DNA of 41,802 nt from Chiloscyllium plagiosum (GCF_004010195.1 NC_057759.1:3617171-3658972), one strand, 5' to 3'; numbered from the stretch's first letter, positions 11,641 to 24,214 are shown. A program made the numbers and translations. The notes: generated by a model from the letters alone, not told the origin.

Positions 11641-12659
11641 TTTGTTTAGGGTTATTGGATAAGTATTGTTAATATGGGTTTATTAAGGGAGGTCAACTGT
11701 TCATAGTATGCACTAATGCGTTGCTGACGTGGTAGCACAGAAGTCCATATCAACAATCATTTACCTTATTATTTGGAGATATTATGGTTAGCAGTGTGAA
11801 AAGAAGTGCAACGATAAGAGATATTGAAAGGTGGAATGAATGGACACTATAAATCGACAAAGGAGCTTCCATTTGCTCCAGCCTGACTTAATTCATGGTA
11901 GCATGCTGCTGTTTTCCTGCATCTGCTTCCTGGTGCTCCAGGTGGATAGATCAATATCCCGAACTCATTGATGAGACAGTCCTCCAGAGGGAATGGATCA
12001 GCATCCGAACATGTTGATCACCCTGTTCCTCAAGGTGTGGGATCACGACCCGATCACATCAATGAGGAGATGGCAAAGTGGAGGAAAAGAGATGATGTGC
12101 AGAAGTAGATGAACTTCTTCCATATTTGTTATTCAGGGAAGTCTTACTTTGCTGTGCTCCTTTGTACAATTTCTGTTTGTGCAAAATAGTGGCATGTTCC
12201 TTCTGACTCAGACCAAGACATTTATCTCCATTAATTAAACAAAGATGAGCTGTTCAAAAACGGGCTATATCCGAAACGTTAACTTCTCCGCCTAGTGGTG
12301 ATGTCTGACTCGCTGTGTTTTTCCAGCCTCCTGCTTGTCTACAGGAGCCAGAAGCCGAGAATATTTATATATTTATTTCCTGGTATAAAGTGAATGGATT
12401 GAAAGAAAGTGAGAAACCAGAGGCAGGAATTTATAAACAGCAGAGTCTCAATCTCAGTTTAATTATTGAATTCAAATGTCACCATCTGAATGGTGAGAAT
12501 CGAACACCTGAGAGTGTTTTGTTGACTTTATGGATAAATAACAGTTGGATAAAAATGAAAATAACAATAGTTTATTAATTAGTAATCTATCAATAACAAG
12601 GTCCATTGCCTTCCCCTTCAACAACACAAGAAAGTCTATTCTGAATTTGCCTCATTCAG

Positions 12660-13290
12660 GGTAATGTCCAAGGCCCAACCACTTTCAGCTGCTTCATCAA
12701 TGACCCTCCCTGTCATGAGGTCAGAAGTGGGTATGTTCGCCAATGATTGCACGATGCTCAGCATGCTACGCAACTCCTCAGATACTGAAGCAGTCTGTGC
12801 TCAAATACAACATGATCTGGACAATATCCAAGCTTGGGCCGGCAATTGGCGAGTAACATTCACGCCACACAAATTCTAGACAATGACCATCACCAATAAG
12901 AGACACTCTAACCATCGCTCCGCGACTTTCAACAGTGTTACTATTACGAAAACCCCCATTGTCAACATCCTTGGAGTTATCATTGACCAGAAACTCAACT
13001 GGATTCATCACAAAACACAGTGGCTACACGAGCAGGTCAGAGACCAGGGAGACAGCGGCAAGTAACTCACCTCCTGACACCCCAACGTCTATCCACTATT
13101 TGCGTAGGTCAGGAGTGTGATGAAATAACCCCACTCGCCTGGATGGGTGCGGCATCAACAAATCTCAGGAAGCTTGACACCATCCAGGACAAAGCAACAT
13201 GCTTAGCTGGCACCACATCCATAAAATATTCAATCCATTCACCACCACCGCTCAGTAGCAGCAGTCCCTATTATTTACAAGATGCAATCG
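12660..13290 (+). mobile_element. CR1/L2-group LINE RT C-terminal fragment (frameshifted)
   Basis: 'VGMFANDCT' (decayed FADD motif), 'QIQHDLDNIQAWAGNWRVTFTPHK', 'VNILGVIIDQKLNW' and 'LRKLDTIQDKA'. Confidence 0.85.
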
Positions 13291-14120
13291 GTCTCGAGAG
13301 GGGAGCAGGGCACAAGATGGGAAATCCTTCAGTGATGGGGTGGGTGGGGACAATAAGACGGGGAGGCAGTCAGAGTGCAAGGGTTAACACAAGGGCATCA
13401 CACAGATCAGCTTCTCTGAAACCACAGCTCCGCTCTCTTCAACAACCTTTCATTGCTATTCATACATGGTTCGTGGGTGGCTGTGGCTGGGATGGCATTT
13501 GTCGCCCATGACTCGTTTTTGCCCTTCAGCAATTTGGGTGGAGGAGGGGATTTGAACTCCTTGAGTCGTTGCAGTCTTTTTAGAAAGAAGGAATATAATG
13601 TTTAAGTTTTTAACTCATGAGCGTACATGTGACATATCTAATTCAAATCAATTCACATGTATCTGCCACCCTTGCCCTTCTGGATGGAAGTTATTATGGT
13701 TTTGGAAGGTGTTGCCTGTTAACCCCTCATTCCTACTTCAGAGACATGGCAGAGGGGCATTGACTCGAAACTGTGACTCTAGGAAGCTAGTCAGTTTAAA
13801 GACGACAGAGGTGATTGGGTCTGTGCCACTTATGGGCATTGATTGCAATATGCTGCACAACATTTGTCATCTGAAATCAATTAACTATTTAAGGAAAACA
13901 CGGAATATGAACAATGTAGTGAACAGATTTATTCACAATTCAAAACCAGTGGGTAAGGGCTCATGAGGATGTGCAATATCAATAGAGACCCAGACTGCAG
14001 AAACTGCAGTTAACTTCATGCATGCCCTGAGATGCTCCTAGCTGTGGCACACATTTAGTCTTTCACAGTTCAATGGGTATAACGTATGCAGCAATAGAAA
14101 AGAACTTCCAGAACTCCAAT

Positions 14121-15072
14121 TCACCAGCGTGACATCCTATAATTCTGCACATCCCTCTGGCTCTTTTGGAAGCCAATGGATTTAACTGGAAAACAAAGGC
14201 AAGGAGTTCATTGAGCGCCACAGTCATTGGCTGCAACTTTCACATAATCTCAGGAGAGTTATCCATGAACTGTAGAGACAAATGTTGTCTGAGCTACTGA
14301 TGAGCAAACTGTATATAATGAACAGAGGACATCCCCAGGGGGGTAAATCTGTCGATTGCAGTTATGATGCGAATAAGTACAGGTGGTGACATGGTGTGTT
14401 TTAATGGAGACAATATACTGTTTATTTATTATGAAGGGAAAAAATATTCACAAAACATTTAAGATCTGAATTGGGGTTGTTCACTCATGGAAAATATCCG
14501 CAACTCTTCACCAAACACATGGTGACACGATTGTGGACTTTTGGAACTATCAATGGACTCGCCATCCAGGACGACCCAGCTCATGTTCTGAGGAGCTTCC
14601 ATTGAATCCCACCTTCGCAAATGGTAAAATTTGAATCATATTCAAATGGCCTAATGAAGGAAAGGAATATGTACTTGACTAATGTCCGTAAGCAAAGGTT
14701 TACCTTTACCCTTACCTAGTCTGATTTATGTCTGACTGCAGACTCAAAGTAATGTGTTTCACTCCTAAATGCCAATGGGCAATAAGGTATGTCAATAAAA
14801 GTTGACTTTGCCAGCGACGGCTGCGTCCCAAGAACGCTTACTATTCATTTCAAATGATGATTTGAGGTACTTATCAGCCGAAAGCTAACAGAATGGAACT
14901 TGGTCTTCAGAAGAATAAATGACGTCAATCCGCCCTTCTGAAAGTTTAGAACGGTTACTTGAGGAGATATGGACTCACTTGGAGAGGCAATAATTAATGT
15001 TACTCCTTCATCGACAGTGCCGGGCTGCATCATCATCAAGAGCTCAAGAACTAAGAACAGAATGGTTCTCAT
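14121..15072 (-). CDS. Candidate spliced small secreted peptide (52 aa) with a piscidin-like signal peptide; coding exons 15072-14979 and 14185-14121
   Basis: ATG at 15072; donor A|GTGAGT after 14979 (phase 1); acceptor CCTTTGTTTTCCAG| before 14185; in-frame TGA at 14123-14121; AATAAA at 13933-13928. Spliced product: MRTILFLVLELLMMMQPGTVDEGVTLIIASPIKSIGFQKSQRDVQNYRMSRW. No expression evidence. Confidence 0.45.
14535..14845 (+). mobile_element. Diverged tRNA-headed SINE-like element made of the 5' and 3' ends of the LINE at 29002-32646
   Basis: 'atccaggacgacccagctcatgttctg' and 'cttacctagtctg...gactgcagac...aatgtgtttcactc' align with the LINE 5' end; 'gggcaataaggtatgtcaataaa' aligns with its 3' tail. 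Confidence 0.65.
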
Positions 15073-15254
15073 GCTTCCCTGATTTTCTGCTGCAATCGAA
15101 GCTATCTACAGGATGAAAGCTCCTGAAATGATAACGCAGACGATCCTGTGATTAATAATTGCAAAATCCACAACATGAACAGAATCCATAATGCGTATGT
15201 GAAGGGGCCATTTCGCTTATGATTCAAGCAGGAACACACTCAGACTCTCACAGG

Positions 15255-15390
15255 TACAGAGTCTCTCTCTCACACACACAAACAAACACTCAAAGACACA
15301 CTGACGTGCACATAGAGACATTCACACACAAAAACACATGACCACACACAATCACATGCACAAATATACACACACACTAATGTGCAATGA
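15255..15390 (+). repeat. CA-rich low-complexity tract, continuing at 16610-17020
   Basis: Runs of (CA)n and ACAC variants. Confidence 0.8.
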
Positions 15391-15391
15391 C

Positions 15392-16610
15392 AAGAACAAA
15401 GAACAAAGAAAATTACAGCCTTTCGGCCCTCTAAGCCTTCTCCAATCCATATCCTCTATTTAAACCTGTCACCTATTTTCTAAGGGTAGGTATCCCTTTC
15501 CTCATTGCCTATCCAAGTAGCTGTCTAGATGCATCTTAAATGACGCTATCGTATCCGCCTCTGTCACCTCCACTGACAATACGTCCCAAGCACCCACCAC
15601 ACTGTGCGTTAAAAAATTCCATCCATATCTCCCCTAATCATTTCCCTGCTTACTTTCAACTCGTGACCCCTAGTAGTTGAATGCCCCACTGTGGGAAAAA
15701 AATGCTTCTTGTTATCCACCCTGTCAATACTTCTCATGACATTCTAGACCTCAAATCGATCCCCCCTCAACCATCGTCTTTCTAATGAAGATAATTTTAA
15801 TCTACTCAACCTCTCTTCATGGCTAGCGTCTTCCATACCAGGCAACATTCCAGTGAACCGCATCTATAAAGTATCCACATCCTTTTGGGAACGTGGCGAC
15901 CAGAACTGGGCGCAGTATTCCAAATGTGCCCGAACCAAAGTTTGATACAACTGTAACATGACCTGCCAACTCTTGTACTCAATACCACGTCCAATGAAGG
16001 AAAGCATGCCGTATGCCTTCTTGACCACTCTATTGACCTGCATTGCCACATTCAGGGAACAAAGGAACTGAACACCCAGATCTCTCTGTTCATCAATCTT
16101 CTCCGGGGCTTTTCCACTTACTGTACAGTTAACTCTTGAATTGGATCGGCCAAAGTGCATCAGCTCGCATTTGCCCTGACTGATCTCCACCTGCCATGTC
16201 TCCGCCTAATCTACAATCTGACTATGTTCTTCACTATCTTCTATTCCACCAATCTTAGTGTCATCTACAGACTTGCTAATCAGACCACCTATACACTCCT
16301 CAAGGTCATTTATGTATATCACAAACAACAGTGGTCCCATTAGTGATCCCTGTGGAACACCAATGATCACTGGTATTCATTTTGAGAAACTCTCTCCTAC
16401 TACTACTCTCTGTCCCCTGTTGCCAGCCAGTTCTTTATCAGTCTAGCGAGTCCACCATGGACCCGATGTGACTTCACCTTCTCCATCAGCGTACCATGGA
16501 ACCTTATCAAATACCCTACTAAAATCCATGTATAAGACAACTACAGCCCTTCAGTCATCAATCAACTTTGTCACTTCCTCAAGTAATTCTATGAAGTTGA
16601 CGAGACATGA
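15392..16610 (-). mobile_element. CR1 LINE ORF2 (RT and C-terminus) fragment with 3' tail
   Basis: ORF 'KCELMHFGRSN...EQRDLGVQ...VVKKAYGMLSFIGRGIEYKSWQVMLQLYQTLVRAHLEYCAQFWSP', minus-strand 'GVPQGSLMGPLLF', and a (TTCTTTG)-type tail at 15392-15412. Confidence 0.92.
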
Positions 16611-17020
16611 CCTTCATACATTTACATAAACGAAATCTCAAATGTGCCGTAACACACGAAGACTCACTCAGCCAGTCATACACATGCGCTCAAACACACA
16701 CACACAGACACACAGAATTTCATACTCACAAACACAAAGGCATACAGATTCAGTGTTGCACAAAAAGTAACATAGACTTACATAGGCACATAAATATCAA
16801 TTAAACGACCAGAAAGAAACATATAGACAGTCATTATTACACATACAGTCAAATACACGCCCACCCACGCAAACACAGACTTGAACACATCCACAATCGC
16901 AGACATATCCACATAGGCACACGCAAACACTCTCACGCATTCCCACACAGGTGCCATAAATAAACACACAGAGTAAGATGCAAACACATGCTGAAACACA
17001 TTCTAAACTCACACACAAAA
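16610..17020 (+). repeat. CA-rich low-complexity tract
   Basis: Degenerate (CA)n. Confidence 0.8.
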
Positions 17021-18384
17021 AGACCGTCTGACACATTGGAGACAGTGTTGGATAACTCATATTTGAGTTTTCAGCAGCATTCAGCTGCTGGGTTGTCTGT
17101 AACAGTACAATGGTTACTGTGTGGGATGGCTGATATTTGGATACTCAGTCGTGTTGTCTTCGGTAAAACAATATTGACAGTACTGTGAAATAACCAATTT
17201 ATGAAGACTCAGCAGTGTGCAAAGTGTTCTGTCAACAGTAATACATACCTGTACTGTGGAACAACTGAGATTTGGATGTTCCGCTGTGTGCAGCCTGTGA
17301 ATGGAACATTTAAACATTCAATGAGATATTCGATATTTTCCAGTCTTTGCGGTGAGACAACACAGCCTTTGTTGATCTCTGAGAGACTGAATGGAGCATT
17401 GTGACCGGCGAGATCCGCGTTAGAGGCAAACATTTATCGGAGCAATCCACTGTCCACAATGATCAGACATTGTTTCCCCTCACTTCTCTGAAATGAAAGC
17501 ACTTCTGTAAATTGTGTACACTCCCGGCTTTTAGCCCACTCTTCTTTCCCTGAGGCGAAATTCGTCGGTAGCTGATTCTCACCCACAAAGAGCTAACAAC
17601 AACAGGAACGTTACTAAACGCTCTTGTGGTGGTGTGCAAAAGTTCCTATGTCTCATCAAGAAGGTCTGGGTTCATATGCAACAGCTCCTATTCATATGTG
17701 GAAAGCACAAAACCAACTTCAAAATTGTAGCAATGTTTTGATCAGAATTAAGAATGGCTGCTGCTTGTTCAGGCCACTATTAGCATTAGAGAAAGCAGCA
17801 ATATTCTTTGTTTTAATCCACTGCAATTCTGCAGGGAATGATCTGTTTAGATTTTTGGAAGAGATTGAGAGTTTATGCCTTTCTACAAATGTTCATCGGT
17901 GTCTTTTCTTACCGGTGACACATGTACTTCTAACTTTTCATTGCATGACGAAGTGAGTTTCCAGCTTCCCTTCATGCAGCAGGACACAGTTGACCAGCCT
18001 TGAAAGCAATTTTCCTCATTCTCAAGCTCAACCGTCTCCCTGTTTCCATCACAATATATAAATGTTGATTAAGCTCCACCAACCTCGAACATTTCTTGGA
18101 AGCAGACCTTGACATTTACTCCTAGTGCGCTGGCATCAATAAATACCTTCCACCAGAACGGCGGATAACCTGTTGCTAACTTTGGGATTTGACTGTACAC
18201 ATATTATCTACCTTCTATCTTCAATTAAAACAGTGACCGCATTAGTTAGTCATTTCAGGTCTTTCAGCTGTGTTGTTATGTTTTAGGATTAAGGTTGTTG
18301 GACTCGAGGGCAATGAGTAGTAGGGGTTAGTGTCTTTTGTTCTAGGTATTGAATTTAGTTGTTTTAAACAGTGCTTGTGACAGT

Positions 18385-19930
18385 AACGGCTCTTTCCGTC
18401 GCCAGGAGTTTACTGAAGGTGGAGGAAGTGACCTTAGGATTTTGTAAAAGGTGACTAAGTTCAAGATGCTGGAATTAGCAGACAAGCTAGCATTGGAACT
18501 GCCTGATTCAGTGAGGAAAGCAGAGATAATTACATGAATAGCCTGGCATCTAAATTTGCGAGAAGCGCCATCAGAATCTTCAGGAATGGCTCAAATTAAA
18601 TTCGAAATGAAGCAGCTTGCGTTAGAGGCAAAAGACAAGAAATTATGGTTAAAAGCAAATGGGAAAGAAAAAAAAGAAATGAATCGCTTTAGACGAACTA
18701 AAAGAAAGAGAGAGAGAAATGAGAAACGGAAAGAGAGAGAAGAGAAAGACCTGGAGAAAGAGGAAAGGAAGAAAGGGTTTGAAATTCAGAAATTAGCATT
18801 TAGACAGGAAAGCCATCTGAAACAGGTAGAAATGAAGGCTGAAAGTAACTTATTGAGGAAGAGAATAAGAATGACCAAACCCATCGCAGCCAAAGGCCTG
18901 GTGATAAACAGTTTAAATATATAAAAAACATTGCCTAAAGTTAATGAGAAGGATGTGACAGACTTTTGCATCTGATGTGAAAAGGTGGCTAAACAAATGC
19001 GGTAGCCAGTAAGCAAGTGGGTTTTATTAACCCAAACAAATGTTCTAGGTAGAGCCAGTGACATATCCGCATCACTATTAGAGGAGGTAACTTCGACGCA
19101 TGAGCAAGTGGTGAAAGCCATCTTAAGTGCCAGAATCCTACAGACATCGTTTCCGGAAGTTAAAGAGGGACCTTGGTTAAACATGCATTCAGATTGAAAG
19201 AATCAAACAAAGTAAATTCGACAGGTGGATAAGGCATTAAAATAGACCAAATGTATGACATTCTAAGATCGACAATTATTTTAAAGGAGTTCAACATTTC
19301 ACTTCCTGAAGTACTGAGATCTCATGTGGAAGATCAGAGGGTTCAAATGGCAAGATGAGCAGCGGAAATGGCTGATGATTATGATTTGGTCCATAAAGCA
19401 AAATTCGGCTTCGAAAATCAATTTCAACAAGTAAGGGATAGAAATTTGGGGAAAGAAAAATTCTCACTAGGAAAGGAATTTGTGGATCTCTGAGAAAATC
19501 ATAAGGATAACTTACCACAGTGTAAAAAGGACACACTTGAAAGGCAAAGAGAATTTGAATAGCTCCAATATTTTCACTGCAATAAAGTAGGCAACATGAT
19601 ATCACAGTCTTAGTGAGTTAGGAAAAACATTGGGAAACTAGATGTAGGAAAACAGGGTAAGTCAGTGTATTTTATTGGAGTGGTACGAAAGTACAATGGA
19701 GACTAGAAAGCTGCACCAGAATGTACAACCAGTTAGGAGGTAGGTTAAGGAGGAAGTGTCAGACCTTCTTAAACCATATACCTGCGAAGATAATGTTTAT
19801 TCACATAGACAAGGAGCAGCAGATAAAGAAGTTACAATATTACGACATACAGTTTCCTCTCAATCTGTTACAAGATGAGGAGATGTGTACTTCTGAAAGA
19901 CTGTTGCCAGAATAGAGCTAGTAACTGGAA
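18385..19930 (+). mobile_element. Decayed Gypsy (Gmr1-like) LTR retrotransposon: gag and start of protease, copy 1
   Basis: Coiled-coil 'EEKDLEKEERKKGFEIQKLA', 'LPKVNEKDVTDF', a decayed zinc knuckle 'FHCNKVGN...SQ' at about 19570 and protease-like 'KEVTILRHTVSSQS' at about 19830. Many stops and frameshifts. Confidence 0.8.
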
Positions 19931-19979
19931 TTCACGTTCAGACAATCAAACATTAATTCAAACACAAAATAAAACTCAA

Positions 19980-20400
19980 GCGACATCAAATAACTCCCAG
20001 GGCAGGTAGAGTACGGGGATCTATACAGAATAAAGCAGCATCTGCGCTGTCCCACATTTAGGGCTAAAAGGCAGGTTAGGCAAGAGTTTGAAGGAGAATT
20101 AAGCTCCATCTATTATGCTGTAAATCAAAGGTGTCCAGCAGAGGTACAAGCATAGTCGAAAAGGTGCAACATGCGGTTAAATATAGAATTGTGATGTGGA
20201 ATAGCTGCCGAATAATTCCAGGACTATAACAGAATTAGATACAGAACAATGCTTAAACCATACTGACCCCATCAAACACTCCCAAGACAGGTATAGCTTG
20301 GGTTAGATGCAGAATAAAACTTCCCCTCCGAAAGCCCTCTTCAAACACACAGGCTGCGTTCAGCGTAACGTTAGATATTCTTCAAATCACTCTCTTTTCC
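19980..20400 (+). repeat. Degenerate ~65-70-bp tandem repeat (CATCAAACACTCCCAGGACAGGTA...GTTAGATACAGAATAAA-like)
   Basis: Recognisable units begin at about 19984, 20270 and 20341, with more diverged ones between. Confidence 0.6.
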
Positions 20401-20499
20401 TTCACACTGAAAGTAAATCTAAATCTAATCTTTCAAACTGTAAGTAAAACTGCCTTTACTCTTTTAATATAAAATTAAAGCTAACTTTATCTTGTATTA

Positions 20500-23400
20500 A
20501 CTCTTCCAGAAGAGTTTTCTAAGGGTGGAAGAAGTGACTTTAAAGGCTCTATCAAACCTTTAAACAAGGAAAAGCTACTGGAATTGGCAGTCAAGATGGA
20601 GATGGAGCTTCCTTCATCCATTTGAAAAGGAGAGATAATTGCAGTAATATCTCAGCATTTCAACTTGCTGGAAATGCCACCGGAATCTTTGGAGATGGTT
20701 GAAATTCAATTGAAATCGAAACAGCTTGATCTTGAGACAAAATAAAGAAAAGGAAAGAAAATGAAACTATGTGAATTACGATTAAAAGCAGAAGAGCAAA
20801 AGAACAAAAGGCCCTAGCAGAACAAAAAGAAACAGTGTGAAAGAGAGAGAGAGAAGGAAGAGAATGAATGAGAGAGAAAAGAAAAAAGAGGGAATTTGAA
20901 CTTCAGAAATTGGCACTTAAGCAGGAAAGTCGGCTTAAAAGTGTGAAGATGAAGGCTGAAGGTAAGTTTAGTGAGGAAGAGAGTGACGATGAGAAAATCC
21001 ACCGTTCTGGTGGGGATCGGTTTAAACATTTTCAAGCATTGCAGAAGTTTGATAAAAAGCATGTGGAAGCCTTTTTCATACCTTTTCAATAGGCGGCTAA
21101 AAGAATGCAGTAGCCACTGATTATGTTGGTTTTGTTGATCCAAACAGAACTTGAACGTAATGCTAGTGAGGTCTTTAGGTCGTGATCAGATTTGGTATCT
21201 GGTGCGCATGAGGAGATAAAGAAAGCCATTGAAGTGCACATGAGCTTGTGCCAGAAGTCAACAGAAAACTTTTCAGGAAACTAAGGTGTGACCCTGATCT
21301 AATCTACGTTGCGTTTGAGAGGATCAAACAACGTAATTTGGATATGGGTATTAAAAATAGAGTTAACCTATGAAGATCTTGGAGAAGCAATAATTTCTGA
21401 GTTCAAAAATTCCCTTCCTGAGATAGTCAGAACTCACGTTGAAGACAAAGATTTAAAATGGACAGATGAGTAGCTGCAATGGCTGATGATTATTAATTGG
21501 TTCATTAATTAAGGTTTGGCTTCAAACATCAGTTTCATTAATTGAGGGATAGAAATTCTGAAAAAGAGAAATCCTCACGTGGTAAAGGACCACATTGAAG
21601 ATCATAAATATAACCTACAGTATAAAAAGGAAACTCTTGAATTAGAAAGAGGAGTTTAAAATTGCCGGTGATTTCAATGCAATAAAGTAGGCCACGTGAA
21701 ATGACAGTGTTGATGGGATTCAAAAAGCACCGGGAAGCCACTAAGAAAACAAAATGGATAAGCCAGTGAATTTTGTTATTGTTGTAATGGAAAGCACACT
21801 GGAGGCTAACAGTCTGCACCAGAATGTACAGCCTAGTCGGAAGTTGGTCAAGGACGAAGTGCCAGATCTTCTTAAACCGTATTCTTGCAAAGGAAAAGTT
21901 TAGTCGCATAGGCCATGACTAAAAAGGAAATGGTTGCAACTATAAGAGGTACAGCGTCCACTCAAATATTGATGTTGAATGATGCAAAGACATACACCTC
22001 TGAAGGGCTAGTGCCAGAAAAAGTTCCAGTGAGAGCATTTCAGGATGAGACAACAAGTGCTCAGAGTGAGGATGGGGTGTTCTCTGAAGAGTGGAGACGT
22101 CGTGGTAAGAATACTGAACCAACTCTTCGCTCCAGGAATACAATTTATCTTTGCTAACGGTAGGAGTGCTGCCTACTGTGTTTGAAAACGCAGTGGAACA
22201 TCAGGCAACTGAGGTAGTCCAGGAAACATATCCTGGGATATTTCCTGAATGTGTGGTAACGAGGTCACAAACTGACCAGTTGGAACAGGAGAGATCAAAT
22301 AGTACAAATAAGAAAGTTGATTTGGAATTATCAGAGATCCTATTTGGTCAAATGGTCCAGACAAAGCAAGAGCAGATGTTTGACAAAGCAGACACCTTTA
22401 GCTCAGAGAAATTAACTGAGTTACGGAAGACTGATGAAAAACTAAAGCAATTATATCAAAAGGTATTCACAAAAAAAAATCTGAATAAATCCCTGAATGC
22501 TACTTTCCAAATAATTATGTCTGAATGAGGATTTGGAGACCACCACATATTCAAGCAGATGAGAAATGTGCGGAAATTCATAAAATCCTGTGGCCAGTGG
22601 GTTGTAGAAAGCATGTATTGCGGGTAGCACGTGAACTACCAATAACAGGTTAGCGTAAGAAAGCTAAATACAGAAGCTAAAATACAAAAAATATTTATTG
22701 GCCTAAACTGTACAAGGATGCACTTCAATTTTGCCAGACATGTCGTACCTGTCAGATAATTGGAAAGCCACAGGCAGTAATAAAACGCGTACCTTTAATA
22801 CCCATTTTGTAGTTGAGTGACCTCTTACAAGAGATCGAACTAATTGCGTAGGACACTTATCTAAAACAAAGAAAAAGTGGGGAAGAGTATTTGTTCACAA
22901 GAATGATTTCCAGAGTCATTCCATTACGTAATATCAAAACTAAAATCTTTATAGAGGAGTTACTCAAATGTTTCACCAAATATGGATTATCCACAGAGAT
23001 ACAATCAGATCAAGAGTCAATATTCAATCAACGTAATTCAATGAGGATATGGACAGCATCGGAATGAAACAATTCAAATCCATTGCGCACTTTCCAGAAT
23101 CGCAGAGAGCGTGAGAAAGTTTGAATCAGACATAAAATAATTTGTTGAGCGCTTATCGTTAAACTAGCCACATGATTGGGATGCAGGAATTCCATTTGTC
23201 CTCTTTGCCATCAGAAATGGACCATATGAATCGACGAAATTCAGTCCAGTTGAATTAGTTTTTCGGCATGAACTGTGAGGACTGCTAAAATTGATTAAGG
23301 AGAAATTGGTAAATCAAAATTCAGAGACCGCATATTAGGACTCAATGTCAAATTTTAGGGAATGGTGAAATAGAGCGGGGGAGACAACATTTAAAAGTAC

Positions 23401-24210
23401 CACAGCACGCAATGAAATCGGAAGGAGGCAAGAAATCAACAACGTGCCATTTTGCTCTCGGAGATAAGGTGTTAGTGTTACTTCCTGTAGTAAATGAACC
23501 TTTAAAATAATGTGCAGTGGACCCTATCAACTCGAAACGAGATTAATGGAGGTGAACTACTTGAAAACGACTGCAGGCAGAAAGAAATCTCATACCGTGT
23601 GTCACGTGAATATGCCCAAAAGGCATTTTGACGGGGAACAAAGCAAAAGGAGAATGTTTTATCAATTACAACACAAAGTGATGAATGAAGTTTAGAGGAA
23701 TCGAAATTGGACATTGCTGAAATTAATTGAACAATGATGAGTTTGTCAAAAGTTAAGATAACTTATTGAGTTACCTTCCAGAGGAAAATCGAAATGACCT
23801 GTAAGAGTTATTGCTATCACATGGGGAGACATGTGGAAATAAACTAAGAAATGCTACCCTAGTTATACATGATATATCCATAGGAAATGGTGTTCTGATT
23901 GAGAAACATCCTTGTATGCCTAACCTTCTAAAGTTGGCACAGGTTCAAAAGGAGATTGAAAGCATGCTCCAATATGACATATTAGAAGTGAGTTGCAGTG
24001 ACTGGCGCTCACCCATAGTAATGGTGCCAAAGTCAGATGGTACACAACAGTTATGTGTGGGCGATCGCAAAGTCAATGTATCCTATCCTGTTCCACGTTT
24101 GGAAGACTGTATCGAACAGATGAGACATGCAACTTGCATTTATAAGTTGGACTTGGTCAGAGGATACTAGTAGGTGTATTTGGCTGGAAGAGTGAAGCAT
24201 TTTTTCCCTT
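20500..24210 (+). mobile_element. Decayed Gypsy Gmr1-clade LTR retrotransposon: gag-PR-IN-RT (N-terminal part), copy 2
   Basis: gag 'REFELQKLAL...LQKFDKKHVEAFF'; knuckle 'FQCNKVGHVK*QC' about 21670; PR 'VATIRGTASTQIL'; IN 'YWPKLYKDALQFCQTCRTCQIIGKP', 'YGLSTEIQSDQ', 'DWDAGIPFVLFAIR' and GPY/F 'SGPYQL...NYL...CHVNM'; then RT 'SDWRSPIVMVPKSDGT..LCV..RKVN..YPVPRLEDCIEQ...KLDLVRGY'. Confidence 0.92.
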
Positions 24211-24214
24211 TGAC

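Noticed and set aside
11902..12110. Signal-peptide-like MLLFSCICFLVLQ with downstream KR-containing frames
   Set aside because: The frame stops after 22 codons, no consistent splice path was found, and there is no recognisable family.
17200..17270. Minus-strand 'STGMYYC' followed by CACACTG, like a V segment with RSS
   Set aside because: Immediate stop, no V framework and no nonamer at 12 or 23 nt. It is better explained as a CAG|GTATGT splice donor.
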